Assembly (NCBI GenBank): GCA_027491735.1
Contig: JAOZGP010000010.1
Location: 1-29,018, forward strand
Direction: 5' to 3'
Length of the DNA stretch: 29,018 bases
Source of the DNA: Thermoproteota archaeon
GTDB taxonomy: Archaea; Korarchaeota; Korarchaeia; Korarchaeales; Korarchaeaceae
Below are positions 16,211 to 25,230 of this stretch, piece by piece; the stretch's first letter is position 1; every line of letters starts with the position of its first letter. The position numbers and the translations under genes are program-made. Under the pieces are notes generated by a model. That model ran no database searches. It was not told the origin of the DNA and saw only the letters and a program-made list of their open reading frames with translations.

Positions 16211-17359
16211 CTACTCGACAAACGGATCCTCAAAGCTCATTATCACATCCACAACCTCGGGCCTCATGATCTCCTCAGGGGGCCTCCTGCCCTCCATTAT
16301 GTGCCTCCTAACCTTGGTTCCACTGAACCTGATCTTCTGGCTCTCATCGTGTGGGCAGAATCTCTCGTTGACGACTCCTCCACACTTCCTGCAGTAAAAA
16401 AACTCCTTGAAGAACAGAGGGGTTATACCCAGATCTGGAAATTCTCTGAAGATCTCCTGGGCCTCATACGGTCCGTAAAAGTTCCCCACACCAGCGTGGT
16501 CCCTGCCTACCACGAAGTGAGTGCATCCGAAATTCTTCCTCATTATCGCGTGAAATATGGCCTCCCTGGGACCTGCGTATCTCATATTGTAGAGAAGAAC
16601 GCTCATCACAGCGGAGCTCCTGGGGTAGTAATGCTCTATCAGGGCCTTGTAGGCCTCCAAGATCACCTCATCCCTGAAGTCTCCCTTCTTCTTTCTTCCT
16701 ATCACGGGATTTATGAACAGGCCATCCACAAAGGTCAAAGCAGTCTTCTGAAGATATTCATGTCCTATATGAGGAGCGTTCCTGGTTTGAAAGCCTACGA
16801 CAGTTCTCCATCCCCTCTCCTGAAATAGAACTCGGGTCTCGGCGGGCCACAGGAGGTACTTCTCAAACCCACTCCTCATGTGATCCAGGAGAGTTACCCT
16901 TCCGCCGAGCATGAGATCTTTCCTGGAGTAGATCTCCTTCACCCCGGGGTGCTCGGTACTCTCGGTCCTGAACACCTTCCTGGCGTACTCCTTCCTGTCA
17001 TACCCGTAGATCTCCTCCACCTCCATGACTGCTATTATCCTGCCATCAACCTCTAAAGCAACCTCATCTCCCTCTGACACGCCGACTACCTCATCCTCGC
17101 TCACGTCCAGAACTATAGGCAGGGTCCAGGGTGTGTCATCAGGCAGTCTCATGTTGTCCAAAACATGTTGAAACTCCTCAACAAGCAGAAAACCCTCTAG
17201 TGGGCTGTAAACTTCATGAGCTATGTTCATCACATCAACAGCTAGATCTCTAGTTATTCTCAACCTCTTAAGCTCACGAGCTTCCTCGAGAAGCCTCTCT
17301 CTCTTCTGACCGGAGGCCACTCTGTTCACCAACTTTCCTCCATGTGGAGCTGAGACCAT
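16211..17359 (-). CDS. sat: Sulfate adenylyltransferase (ATP sulfurylase)
   Basis: PHGGKLV, SPLEGF, GFQTRNAPHIGHE, MRYAGPREA, HFVVGRDHAGVG, and a Zn-site CxxC...C..H. Confidence 0.97.
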   Translation of the reverse strand: MVSAPHGGKLVNRVASGQKRERLLEEARELKRLRITRDLAVDVMNIAHEVYSPLEGFLLVEEFQHVLDNMRLPDDTPWTLPIVLDVSEDEVVGVSEGDEVALEVDGRIIAVMEVEEIYGYDRKEYARKVFRTESTEHPGVKEIYSRKDLMLGGRVTLLDHMRSGFEKYLLWPAETRVLFQERGWRTVVGFQTRNAPHIGHEYLQKTALTFVDGLFINPVIGRKKKGDFRDEVILEAYKALIEHYYPRSSAVMSVLLYNMRYAGPREAIFHAIMRKNFGCTHFVVGRDHAGVGNFYGPYEAQEIFREFPDLGITPLFFKEFFYCRKCGGVVNERFCPHDESQKIRFSGTKVRRHIMEGRRPPEEIMRPEVVDVIMSFEDPFVE

Positions 17360-17373
17360 GAGGACACCTCCTC

Positions 17374-17601
17374 TCAGATGTAGCCCAGAGCCTTGAGCTT
17401 CTTCTTTATCTCCTCAACCTCCCTTTCGCTGAGCGGGCTGGTCATCTTCTCGGCTTCGTGCATGGCAACTACCTCTCTGAGCACATATGTGACGTAATCT
17501 GAGACTGATTTAAAACCAGTAAGCTCAACAAGTTTTTTTATCCTCTCATAAAGCGTGACGGGTATAGAAACCGTTGTATACTTCCCCTTAGCCAAAAGCA
17601 A
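17374..17601 (-). CDS. Ribbon-helix-helix (CopG-like) protein with C-terminal EEIKKKLKALGYI tail
   Basis: YTTVSIP strand, LYERIKKLV helix, GFKSVSDYVTYVLRE helix. SD GGAGGG upstream of TTG; first gene of the sat operon. Confidence 0.85.
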   Translation of the reverse strand: MLLAKGKYTTVSIPVTLYERIKKLVELTGFKSVSDYVTYVLREVVAMHEAEKMTSPLSEREVEEIKKKLKALGYI

Positions 17602-17623
17602 CCCTCCTCACAGGATAATTATA

Positions 17624-17646
17624 TGTAATTAAATTAAAGTTTTTGC
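17624..17646 (-). promoter_or_regulatory. BRE/TATA promoter of the RHH-sat-cysC-tauE operon
   Basis: Minus strand reads CAAAAACTTTAATTTAATTACAT about 25-45 nt upstream of the start. Confidence 0.55.
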
Positions 17647-17861
17647 TGAACCGTTCTCCACGCAACCGTTGAATATTTAATAGACATGAAGTGACTGTGT
17701 TCAATGAAGGCTTGGGCTGATCGAGCCGATCCTGAGAAAAAGTGGGGCTACCCTGAAAGGGGACGAGACCGATGATACGCTCCCGATTAACCCAGAGGGG
17801 CTGAGGTTTATGTGTCCCAAGGCGAACGCATATCTACAGAAGGATATGTCCGCTGAACCCC

Positions 17862-18608
17862 TCATTCCACAAAGACCCAGCTTCTGGTCCTGATGGGCCG
17901 GTAACCCAGAGCCATGTAGACCTTCATGGCAGAGCTGTTTGTGGAGCTCACGTGAAGCATTGCCACGGCTCCAGAGGAGATGGCATCCCTCGTGATAGCC
18001 GATGTCGCGATCTTGGCATAACCTCTTCCCCTGGCCTCGGGCACTGTGAAGACGTCCCCGACTATCCAAACCTCGGGCATCCTGATGTAGGCACAGGCGA
18101 TCGACAGGAGCTCCCCCTTCTCAAGGAGGCCGTAGTACCTCCACCTTCTCAGTAGCTCCTTGGCCCTCGCCTCATTGATCTCTCTGCCCTGCACCTCTTT
18201 GATCCTCAGGAAGGCCTCCACATGTCCCTCATCGTCATGTCTCAGCCTGATGGCTCCACCCGGGACAGGATTGAAGCCTCGCTCGTCGACTACCATGTCC
18301 ACAAACTCCTCCCCTCTGCCCCTTAACCTCACCAGAGCTGGCTCCTCCCTTCCCCATATCTGAATCACAGCCTTGCCCTCTGGGATCATATTTAGGAGAG
18401 GTTCGTACTCACCCCAGAGATGAACGCTCAACGTCTCGGACCTCCACACGAGCATGTAGCCCTTCACGCTCCTTCCATCCGTGTTGAACATGACCGATGT
18501 CCTGTCGATCTCCCTTACGAGGTCGTTCATCAGATAGGCGTGGCTCATGGGATCGCTCAGGTATAGCTTGGTCACCATCCTCCAGAGGCCATCCAGCTCG
18601 ATTATCAT
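17862..18608 (-). CDS. GNAT family acetyltransferase (C-terminal FR47-like domain)
   Basis: VGDVFTVPEARGRGYA (motif A) and NSSAMKVYMALGY (motif B). TATA-like TTATAA about 25 nt upstream (leaderless). Confidence 0.9.
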   Translation of the reverse strand: MIIELDGLWRMVTKLYLSDPMSHAYLMNDLVREIDRTSVMFNTDGRSVKGYMLVWRSETLSVHLWGEYEPLLNMIPEGKAVIQIWGREEPALVRLRGRGEEFVDMVVDERGFNPVPGGAIRLRHDDEGHVEAFLRIKEVQGREINEARAKELLRRWRYYGLLEKGELLSIACAYIRMPEVWIVGDVFTVPEARGRGYAKIATSAITRDAISSGAVAMLHVSSTNSSAMKVYMALGYRPIRTRSWVFVE

Positions 18609-18734
18609 CAGCAGGGGACTGCTGTGGATACCTTATAATCATTTGGATTGAATTTGCCCCTGAACTCCTTGTGGACACCTGTCGTGCTTTCCTCAGCGCT
18701 GTTCACCGGGGATTACATACCGAGGTTCGCTTGT

Positions 18735-18900
18735 GGGAGAGGACCTCCACGAACACGCTGTGGTCGCCAACGCATCGCCTGCGCGCACGCAATCCTCGAC
18801 CTTCACCTTCCAGTCGTCTGCTGAGATCTCGGAGGGGCCCTGGGCAGACCCACGACATAGTTTAGGATGGGTCCGAGGAACAGAGGATCTACGGCATCGG
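18735..18900 (-). pseudogene. Possible heavily decayed flavin reductase-like gene
   Basis: Fragments in different minus-strand frames occur in the expected order: TMSWVCP, KVKVEDCV, VGDHSVFVEVL. Compare MTADWVVP, KVSVPSLEGCV, TGDHVLFVGRIL at 25520-26047. Confidence 0.3.
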
Positions 18901-19230
18901 ACGCCAATTGATCTCTCTGAGCCTGAGCATCGTGCAATCCTGTTGTACTCGGGAAGCACCTTCCGTGAAACCCTGATAGACCACGCCAAGAAGTCCTCCA
19001 TCCCGCTTACATCAGACTCCAGGTCGTGATTCTAGAAATGCCATCACATGAGATAGCTTAGACAGCGAGCTCCTAGCAGATCGGTGAGTGATCTAACGCT
19101 TGAAAACGGCTTCAAGATATGCTCTCCTTGAGGAATCATTCGAGCCGTGATATGCTTCCAGGATCAGGCGCCTGTCCTCCATCAGATGAATTCGCACGAA
19201 TTTTTTAAGTTGTCGTGCTGAGAAGCTCTC

Positions 19231-19722
19231 GTGAGGGTCGTAAACTATCCCCTTAGGATAATAGGAGTGGTTCGCACGCACCTCTCAGATGAGGAGATAA
19301 AAACCACTGAAAACGCCAGAGGGGTCGTGGAGGTCTTTGAGGAATTCAAAGAAGGGTTAAGGGGTATAGATGGTTTTTCTCACATACTCATCATATCTCT
19401 CCTCGACAGAGTGGACGATGAGCTGAGGGGCACCCTCGTCGTGAGGATGAGGAGACTTCGGAGGTTTGGAATAAGTCCGGAGGAGGTTCCGGAGGTGGGT
19501 GTGTTCTCCTGCGACTCCCCCCACAGACCCAACCCGATAGGGCTCAGCATAGTGAGGCTTCTGGAGAGGCGAGGGAGGTTTCTGGAGGTGGAAGGCCTGG
19601 ACCTCTTCGACGGCACACCCGTCCTGGACATCAAGCCCTACACCCTGGCCAGGAGGATAGAGGACGTAGAGGTTCCGGAGTGGCACAGGAGGCTTTGGAG
19701 GAGATTGGGGAGAGAACCGTGA
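19231..19722 (+). CDS. tsaA: TrmO/TsaA (YaeB/AF0241-like) SAM-binding tRNA t6A37 N6-methyltransferase family
   Basis: IIGVVRT, GLRGIDGFSHI, GVF..SPHRPNPIGLS, GLDLFDGTPVLDIKPY. TATA TTTTTAAG at 19202 (leaderless). Confidence 0.9.
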   Translation: MRVVNYPLRIIGVVRTHLSDEEIKTTENARGVVEVFEEFKEGLRGIDGFSHILIISLLDRVDDELRGTLVVRMRRLRRFGISPEEVPEVGVFSCDSPHRPNPIGLSIVRLLERRGRFLEVEGLDLFDGTPVLDIKPYTLARRIEDVEVPEWHRRLWRRLGREP

Positions 19723-19733
19723 GGATGTCCTGA

Positions 19734-20441
19734 ATGACCGAGAGCAGGATAGAATCCATCAAGAGGAGAGTGAGAGCTGTGGAGATGTTGAGGATTTTGG
19801 CTGAGGAGTTCGGCTCCGGGAGGATAGCTGAGCTTCTGGGACTTCCTGCCCCGGCTGTTAGCAGATACGTCAACGGGCACGTCCTTCCAAAGGAGGACAG
19901 GGTCGATCAGATAACGAGGCTCTTTGAGGCGAGGATGAGGGAGGCCATAGTCTCCAACATGAGGAGGAGGGGAGGAGTTCTCGATGTCACCCCTCTGCTC
20001 TCCAACGTGAGGCTCCTCAGATCCATCGCCATGTGCATAGCTCAGGAGCTTCCCAGCGAGATCGAAAGAGTTTTGACCAAGGAGGTGGATGGAATACCTC
20101 TGGCCGCGCTCGTCAGCGATGAGCTAGGTGCCTCCCTGGTGGTGGCCAAGAGAAGGAAGGAGCCAGGTGTGGAGAGGTTCTACGAGGTCAGGCAGACATA
20201 CGAGTCTGGGATCTACAGCTACATCTATGTGCCCAAGCATCTCCTGGGCAGAGGGGACAGGGTTCTGATAGTCGATGACATAGTGAGGTCGGGCTCCACG
20301 GTCAGGGCGCTGATAGAGGTCGTGAAGAAGGCCAGGGGAAGGGTCGTGGGCGTGTACTCAGTGGCCTCCCTGGGAGGGACCATGGAGCACCTGGCTGAGG
20401 AGTTTAGCTTTCCAGTGCGCTCCTTCGTGAGGATCGTATGA
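19734..20441 (+). CDS. HTH + phosphoribosyltransferase-domain protein (PurR-like purine regulator / PRTase)
   Basis: N-terminal IAELLGLPAPAVSRYVNGHVLP HTH; DGIPLA and the PRPP-binding loop VLIVDDIVRSGST. Confidence 0.85.
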   Translation: MTESRIESIKRRVRAVEMLRILAEEFGSGRIAELLGLPAPAVSRYVNGHVLPKEDRVDQITRLFEARMREAIVSNMRRRGGVLDVTPLLSNVRLLRSIAMCIAQELPSEIERVLTKEVDGIPLAALVSDELGASLVVAKRRKEPGVERFYEVRQTYESGIYSYIYVPKHLLGRGDRVLIVDDIVRSGSTVRALIEVVKKARGRVVGVYSVASLGGTMEHLAEEFSFPVRSFVRIV

Positions 20442-20444
20442 GGA

Positions 20445-21314
20445 TCACTCTCTGAAGTACGGTTCTCCTAAGGCCGCCGGAGCTCCTATCCTCCTTTTCA
20501 CAGACCTGGAGGAGGCAACAACGAGAACAACTATCGTCAGGGCATACGGAAGGGAGTTCAGGAGCCACTGGCTTATTCCGAAGTTCTGTAGTGAATATCC
20601 AGCCGACTCGACGATTCCGAACAGGACGGCCCCTCCCACAGCCTTTGCTGGATCCCACGTTGCGAATATCACCAGAGCTATGGCTATCCATCCCATCCCA
20701 GCTGTTATGCCGTCCACCCACATTCCGTTGTGTATGGTGGAGATGTACCCCCCGGCGGCCCCAGCGAGGAGACCCCCGAATGCCGTGCATAGGTACCTGA
20801 TCGCGTGAACGTTCACTCCGACGGAATCCGCGACCGCCGGATTTTCGCCCACGGACCTTATCACGATCCCAGCCCTTGTCCTGAACAAGACGAGCCACAG
20901 GATCCCAGATAAGGTCACGCTCACGTAGAATATGAGGTCCTGTCCGAGGAGCGCTGGAATCCTCCTGGAGCCCATGGGAAGGGGTGTCCCCACGTAGCCC
21001 CTTCCTATCAAGCTGCTAAGACCACAGCCCACCATGACGAGAGCCAGCCCTGAGACCACCTGATTTCCTCTCAGGGTCACGCTGATAAAGGCATGTGCCA
21101 GGGAGAGGGCAGCGCCCACGATCGCAGCCGTTAGGAGTCCCAACGCTGGATTTCCTGTTTTCAAAGTGATCGCAAAGCTTGCGAGCGCTCCAGCGCTCAT
21201 CATCCCCTCCACACCGAGATTCATCACCCCGGACCTCTCAGCGTAGATCTCCCCGAGCGATGCCAAGAGGAGGGGGACGGCCAGCTGGAGACCTGTGCTC
21301 ACGAACTCCAGCAT
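20445..21314 (-). CDS. Nucleoside/sugar ABC transporter permease
   Basis: ERSGVMNLGVEGMM, RSVGENPAVADSVGV, GWIAIALV, LPY, APAALGEPY. Confidence 0.92.
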   Translation of the reverse strand: MLEFVSTGLQLAVPLLLASLGEIYAERSGVMNLGVEGMMSAGALASFAITLKTGNPALGLLTAAIVGAALSLAHAFISVTLRGNQVVSGLALVMVGCGLSSLIGRGYVGTPLPMGSRRIPALLGQDLIFYVSVTLSGILWLVLFRTRAGIVIRSVGENPAVADSVGVNVHAIRYLCTAFGGLLAGAAGGYISTIHNGMWVDGITAGMGWIAIALVIFATWDPAKAVGGAVLFGIVESAGYSLQNFGISQWLLNSLPYALTIVVLVVASSRSVKRRIGAPAALGEPYFRE

Positions 21315-21318
21315 GTCA

Positions 21319-22344
21319 TCACCTCGCCCTGTATCTGGTCAGGAACTCGCCGGCAGCGACGAACATCAGTATCAATCCGTTGAACACGTTTATCGCGCCG
21401 AAAGGAAGGCTGTATACTATCATCATCTCCTCTCCCCCCACAAGCAATCCTCCGAAGAACATATTGGCCGCTATGAGCCCCAGAGGACTTGTCCCCCCAA
21501 GCCAGGCTGTTATTATTCCTGTAAAACCGTAGCCGCACGGAAACTCGGGTATGAGCCTATGCTGTATCGCCAACAGGTCTCCAGCCCCGGCAAGTCCGGC
21601 CAAACCTCCGGAGATCATCATCGTCAGGGCAGCCGTCCTAAAGTAGCTCATTCCGGATATCTCAGCCGCTTTAGGGTTTCCACCGAATGCCTTTATCTCA
21701 AAACCGAGTTTTGTCCTCTCCATCACAAAATAGATCAGCACAGCTGAGCTCAAGGCCAGGAACAGCATCACAGGGCTGATCCTGGTTCCAGGCACGGTTC
21801 CGAGTTCAGCTGGAATTATGCTTGTGTGAGCGAATCCTCCGTAGGAGACCTCTCCGACCTTCTCTCTGGCCTTCCACGGACCGTGAATCAGGTACTGAAA
21901 CACCCAGTACACCACGTAATATATCATGAGGGTGGAGAGAACCTCGTTCACGCCCAGCCTCGACTTCATGAGGGCTGGTGGAACCGCTAGGACTGCTCCA
22001 GCAGCGAAGGCACTCAGAAGAGCTACGATCGGCTGTCTTGTAGATTCGACCGCCAGGAAGGCTGCCATTGCTCCCACTATGTACTGTCCCTCAGCCCCTA
22101 TGTTCCAGAACTTCATCCTGAAGCATAAGGCGAGGCCGGAGCTTATCAGGAGGAGAGGTATCATCCTGACGAGCAGCTCGGAGAACCCCACCTTCGTGGT
22201 GAAGGCTGAGATGAGAGCTGAGAACACATCAAGAGGATCTACTCCCTGAAGCATGTAGATCATGCTGGCCACGAGAACGGCCAGAAAGGAGAAGATCAGT
22301 CTCGTCAGAACTCCATTTCTCCTCTTACTTCGCTCCAATCTCAT
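21319..22344 (-). CDS. Nucleoside/sugar ABC transporter permease
   Basis: WNIGAEGQ, NEVLSTLM, TKLGFEIKAFGGNPKAA, GYGFTGI. Confidence 0.92.
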   Translation of the reverse strand: MRLERSKRRNGVLTRLIFSFLAVLVASMIYMLQGVDPLDVFSALISAFTTKVGFSELLVRMIPLLLISSGLALCFRMKFWNIGAEGQYIVGAMAAFLAVESTRQPIVALLSAFAAGAVLAVPPALMKSRLGVNEVLSTLMIYYVVYWVFQYLIHGPWKAREKVGEVSYGGFAHTSIIPAELGTVPGTRISPVMLFLALSSAVLIYFVMERTKLGFEIKAFGGNPKAAEISGMSYFRTAALTMMISGGLAGLAGAGDLLAIQHRLIPEFPCGYGFTGIITAWLGGTSPLGLIAANMFFGGLLVGGEEMMIVYSLPFGAINVFNGLILMFVAAGEFLTRYRAR

Positions 22345-22355
22345 ACTAAGCCCTC

Positions 22356-23819
22356 CTAGGAGGCCATCATCTTCCCTATTCTCTCAGGATCGTACTCCCT
22401 GGGGTTCAGCACACCCACGATCTCTCCGGAGCTCATCACTGCAAGCCTGTGGCTCAAGTTCATGAGCTCATCGAGGTCCTCCGACACGAAGAAGATCGCT
22501 GTCCCCTTTTTGCTCTGTTCCACTATCATCTCTCTTACCTGACTTGTTGCCGCTATATCCAGCCCTCTTGTGGGATTATGAGCTATCAGGAGCTTTGGTT
22601 CTGTGGATAACTCCCGAGCGCACACCATCCTCTGGACGTTTCCCCCAGAGAGGTTCCCTGCGGGAAGCAGGGGGGATTTAGGTTTGATGTCAAAGCTCTC
22701 CATGAGTCTCGAGGCCATCTCCACGATCCCCCTTCTGTCCAGAAGGAGAGAGCCCATTCTCCTGTAGAACTTGAGGGCGAGGTTTTCAGCGATGCTCATG
22801 TCCGGGACGATGCCCTCACCGACTCTGTCCTCCGGTATGTAGGCCACGCCCATATCATACAATCTCCTGGGCGTCATGTTCGTCACGTCCACGCCTTCCA
22901 AGTATATCTTCCCCTTACTCACCTTCCTCAGGCCGACTATGGACTCGACAAGCTCCTTCTGGCCATTTCCGGAGATCCCGGCCAGACCCAGTATCTCCCC
23001 CCTTCTCACCTCCAGGGAGACGTTCCTCAACCTTCCCGAGGAGAGGTTCTCCACCTTCAGGACGACCCCGTTGGAGGAGGGTGGATCCGGACGCACGACC
23101 CTTGGAAGATCTCTTCCTATCATCATGACAGCTAGCTCAGACGGGCTCACCTCGTCCACGAACCTTGTGTCCACGACCCTTCCCCTTCTCAAGACTGTAA
23201 CTCTATCCGCCACCTGGAAGATCTCTTCCAAGCGATGGGTTATCAGCACCACGCCTTTGCCTCTCTCCTTCATCCTGAGCAGTGTGGAGAACAGGTTCCT
23301 CCTCTCATCAGGTGTGAGAACTGTGGTCGGCTCGTCCAGGATGAGGATCTCGGAGTCCCTGCAGAGGACCTTGAGCAGTTCGACCTTCTGCCTCTCCCCC
23401 ATAGACAGATCAGCCACCACAGCGTTTGGATTCAGGTTCATGCCGTAGGCCCTGCTCACCTCAACAATCCTGGATGAGACCTCCCTTAAGGATCCCACAA
23501 GAGATTCCTCGAGAGCCAGAATTAGGTTCTCAGCAACCGTAAACCCCTCGACAAGCATGAAGTGTTGATGAACAATCCCGACGCCCAGATCCATCGCCTT
23601 CTTGGGGTTCAGCATCCCGACCTCTCTCCCTCTTATCAGTATCTTCCCCTCGTCAGGAGAGATCTCCCCAGCGAGGATTCTCATGAGTGTCGTTTTTCCA
23701 GCACCGTTTTCACCTAGAAGAGCGTGTATCTCCCCACTCATGAGATCGAAGTCCACATGATCATCTGCTGTTATGGATCCGAACCTCTTCACTATTCCCT
23801 CCATCCTCACGAGCTCCAA
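22356..23819 (-). CDS. ABC transporter ATP-binding protein, two NBDs (CUT2 type)
   Basis: GENGAGKTT, LSMGERQ, ILDEPT, second domain GISGNGQ, IPEDR, LSGGNVQ, PTRGLD. Confidence 0.95.
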   Translation of the reverse strand: MELVRMEGIVKRFGSITADDHVDFDLMSGEIHALLGENGAGKTTLMRILAGEISPDEGKILIRGREVGMLNPKKAMDLGVGIVHQHFMLVEGFTVAENLILALEESLVGSLREVSSRIVEVSRAYGMNLNPNAVVADLSMGERQKVELLKVLCRDSEILILDEPTTVLTPDERRNLFSTLLRMKERGKGVVLITHRLEEIFQVADRVTVLRRGRVVDTRFVDEVSPSELAVMMIGRDLPRVVRPDPPSSNGVVLKVENLSSGRLRNVSLEVRRGEILGLAGISGNGQKELVESIVGLRKVSKGKIYLEGVDVTNMTPRRLYDMGVAYIPEDRVGEGIVPDMSIAENLALKFYRRMGSLLLDRRGIVEMASRLMESFDIKPKSPLLPAGNLSGGNVQRMVCARELSTEPKLLIAHNPTRGLDIAATSQVREMIVEQSKKGTAIFFVSEDLDELMNLSHRLAVMSSGEIVGVLNPREYDPERIGKMMAS

Positions 23820-23849
23820 GGAGAACCCCCACAGAAAATGAAGGAGAGG

Positions 23850-25160
23850 TCAGCCTCCGGAGAGAGGAGGACCTATCACGTTTTCCACCCACCACTGCAT
23901 GCTCCACAGTGCGTCATGTCCTAGCCTCTGCCCCGGCAGAACCCTGAGCTCACCTGTGTTGTCGTAGATCGGTCCTGTGAAGGGATCGAATGTCTCATCG
24001 TTCACGTACTTCCAGCCATGACCGGTCCATATAGCTCCCATCTGAGCAAGTCTGGCCATGACCAAGGTGTAGGCATTTGGATCCTTCAGCACAGTTCCGT
24101 TGGGCAGCTGTACGGTCTCGTTTACTCTGACCTTCTTAAGCTCCGGTATGAACCTCGGATTTATTGGCTGATCGGCTTTACAACCGAGTTCCACAGCGCC
24201 GGAGTTCATCTTGTCCCAGTAGTCCACATACTCCAGGTTAGTGGAGTTGTAGAACCCGCTGTAGACCTTGGAGAGTATGTCGTTATATATGACGTCCCAA
24301 TGGGCTATCTGACCACTGACACACACATCGGGACCATATCTGTACATGGGACTATAATGACCGAAGACAAGAACGCGCTCTCCCTTCTGGTAGTGCTCCT
24401 CCGCCACCTGGACCACTGTCGGTGAGTCCTCAGTAAAGGCCAGCACGTCGCATCCCTGATCTATAAGGGACTCCGCTGCCTCCCTAGCCTTGTTAGGATC
24501 GAACCATGCTCCTATCTCCTTTACGTGAACCTCGCACTTGGGACAGGTCTCCTTGACCCCTATGGCAAAGGCGTTTATATGCCTCACCACCTCGGGAATC
24601 GTGTGGGCGGCCACGTACCCTATCCTCTTCGTCCTGGAGAGAGCGCCCGCCATCAGACCGTCTAGATAGTAGGCTTGATAGAGATCCAGGAAGTAGGTCC
24701 CCATGTTCCTGTATCTCTTGTAACCGGAGCAGTGAAAGAAGAGCACATCGGGGTGCTTCTTGGCCTCCTCCAGGGTGGGATCCATGAAGTCGAAGCTCGT
24801 GGTGAATATCACCTTGTACCCCTTGGATATCAGCTGCTCTATCACGCCAGCACAGTCAGAGGGATTGACCTTCTCCACCTCAGTCATTCCAAGCCATTTT
24901 CCGAATCTGATGGCCGCTTCCTGAGCTGCTAGATGATGAGCGTGGGACCACCCGTAGTCACCTATAGGCCCTATGTACACAAAGGCAGCCTCGAGCTTGC
25001 TTATCTGGCCTTGATTCGAGGAATTCTGGGTCTGGACGTTCTCCTTATTCGTTGGATTAATAAGTGCGGGCTTGCTTGCGAACAAAAAAACGATCAAAAG
25101 GGCGACTACCACCAACAGAACTGGGATGGCCAGTTTCATCCCTGAGTCCAGCTCTACCAC
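23850..25160 (-). CDS. BMP family ABC substrate-binding protein (purine nucleoside type)
   Basis: GPIGDYGWSHAH, IFTTSFDF, IPEVVRHINAF, WFDP, FDPFTGPIYD, MQWWVENV. N-terminal TM anchor. The start may be the ATG at 25139. Confidence 0.9.
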   Translation of the reverse strand: MVELDSGMKLAIPVLLVVVALLIVFLFASKPALINPTNKENVQTQNSSNQGQISKLEAAFVYIGPIGDYGWSHAHHLAAQEAAIRFGKWLGMTEVEKVNPSDCAGVIEQLISKGYKVIFTTSFDFMDPTLEEAKKHPDVLFFHCSGYKRYRNMGTYFLDLYQAYYLDGLMAGALSRTKRIGYVAAHTIPEVVRHINAFAIGVKETCPKCEVHVKEIGAWFDPNKAREAAESLIDQGCDVLAFTEDSPTVVQVAEEHYQKGERVLVFGHYSPMYRYGPDVCVSGQIAHWDVIYNDILSKVYSGFYNSTNLEYVDYWDKMNSGAVELGCKADQPINPRFIPELKKVRVNETVQLPNGTVLKDPNAYTLVMARLAQMGAIWTGHGWKYVNDETFDPFTGPIYDNTGELRVLPGQRLGHDALWSMQWWVENVIGPPLSGG

Positions 25161-25212
25161 CTAGGCCAGCTGCCTGATGAATATTAAATTTTTGAGTCCT
25201 AAGGAAATAAAA

Positions 25213-25230
25213 TTAACATGATTATGTTAA
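25213..25230. promoter_or_regulatory. Candidate operator upstream of the ABC operon promoter
   Basis: TTAACAT-GATT-ATGTTAA inverted repeat about 20 bp upstream of the minus-strand BRE/TATA (CAAAAATTTAATAT, 25182-25195). Confidence 0.5.

Noticed and set aside
16019-16828. 269-aa plus-strand ORF and similar long antisense ORFs across the window
   Set aside because: They shadow well-supported genes (sat, cysC, ABC genes) and carry no recognisable motifs.
16211-17359. sat as evidence of dissimilatory sulfate reduction
   Set aside because: It is linked to cysC, and no aprAB, qmo or dsr genes occur in the window.
17716-17770. Hammerhead ribozyme-like CTGA...GAAA
   Set aside because: The CUGANGA core spacing is wrong and the three stems do not form.
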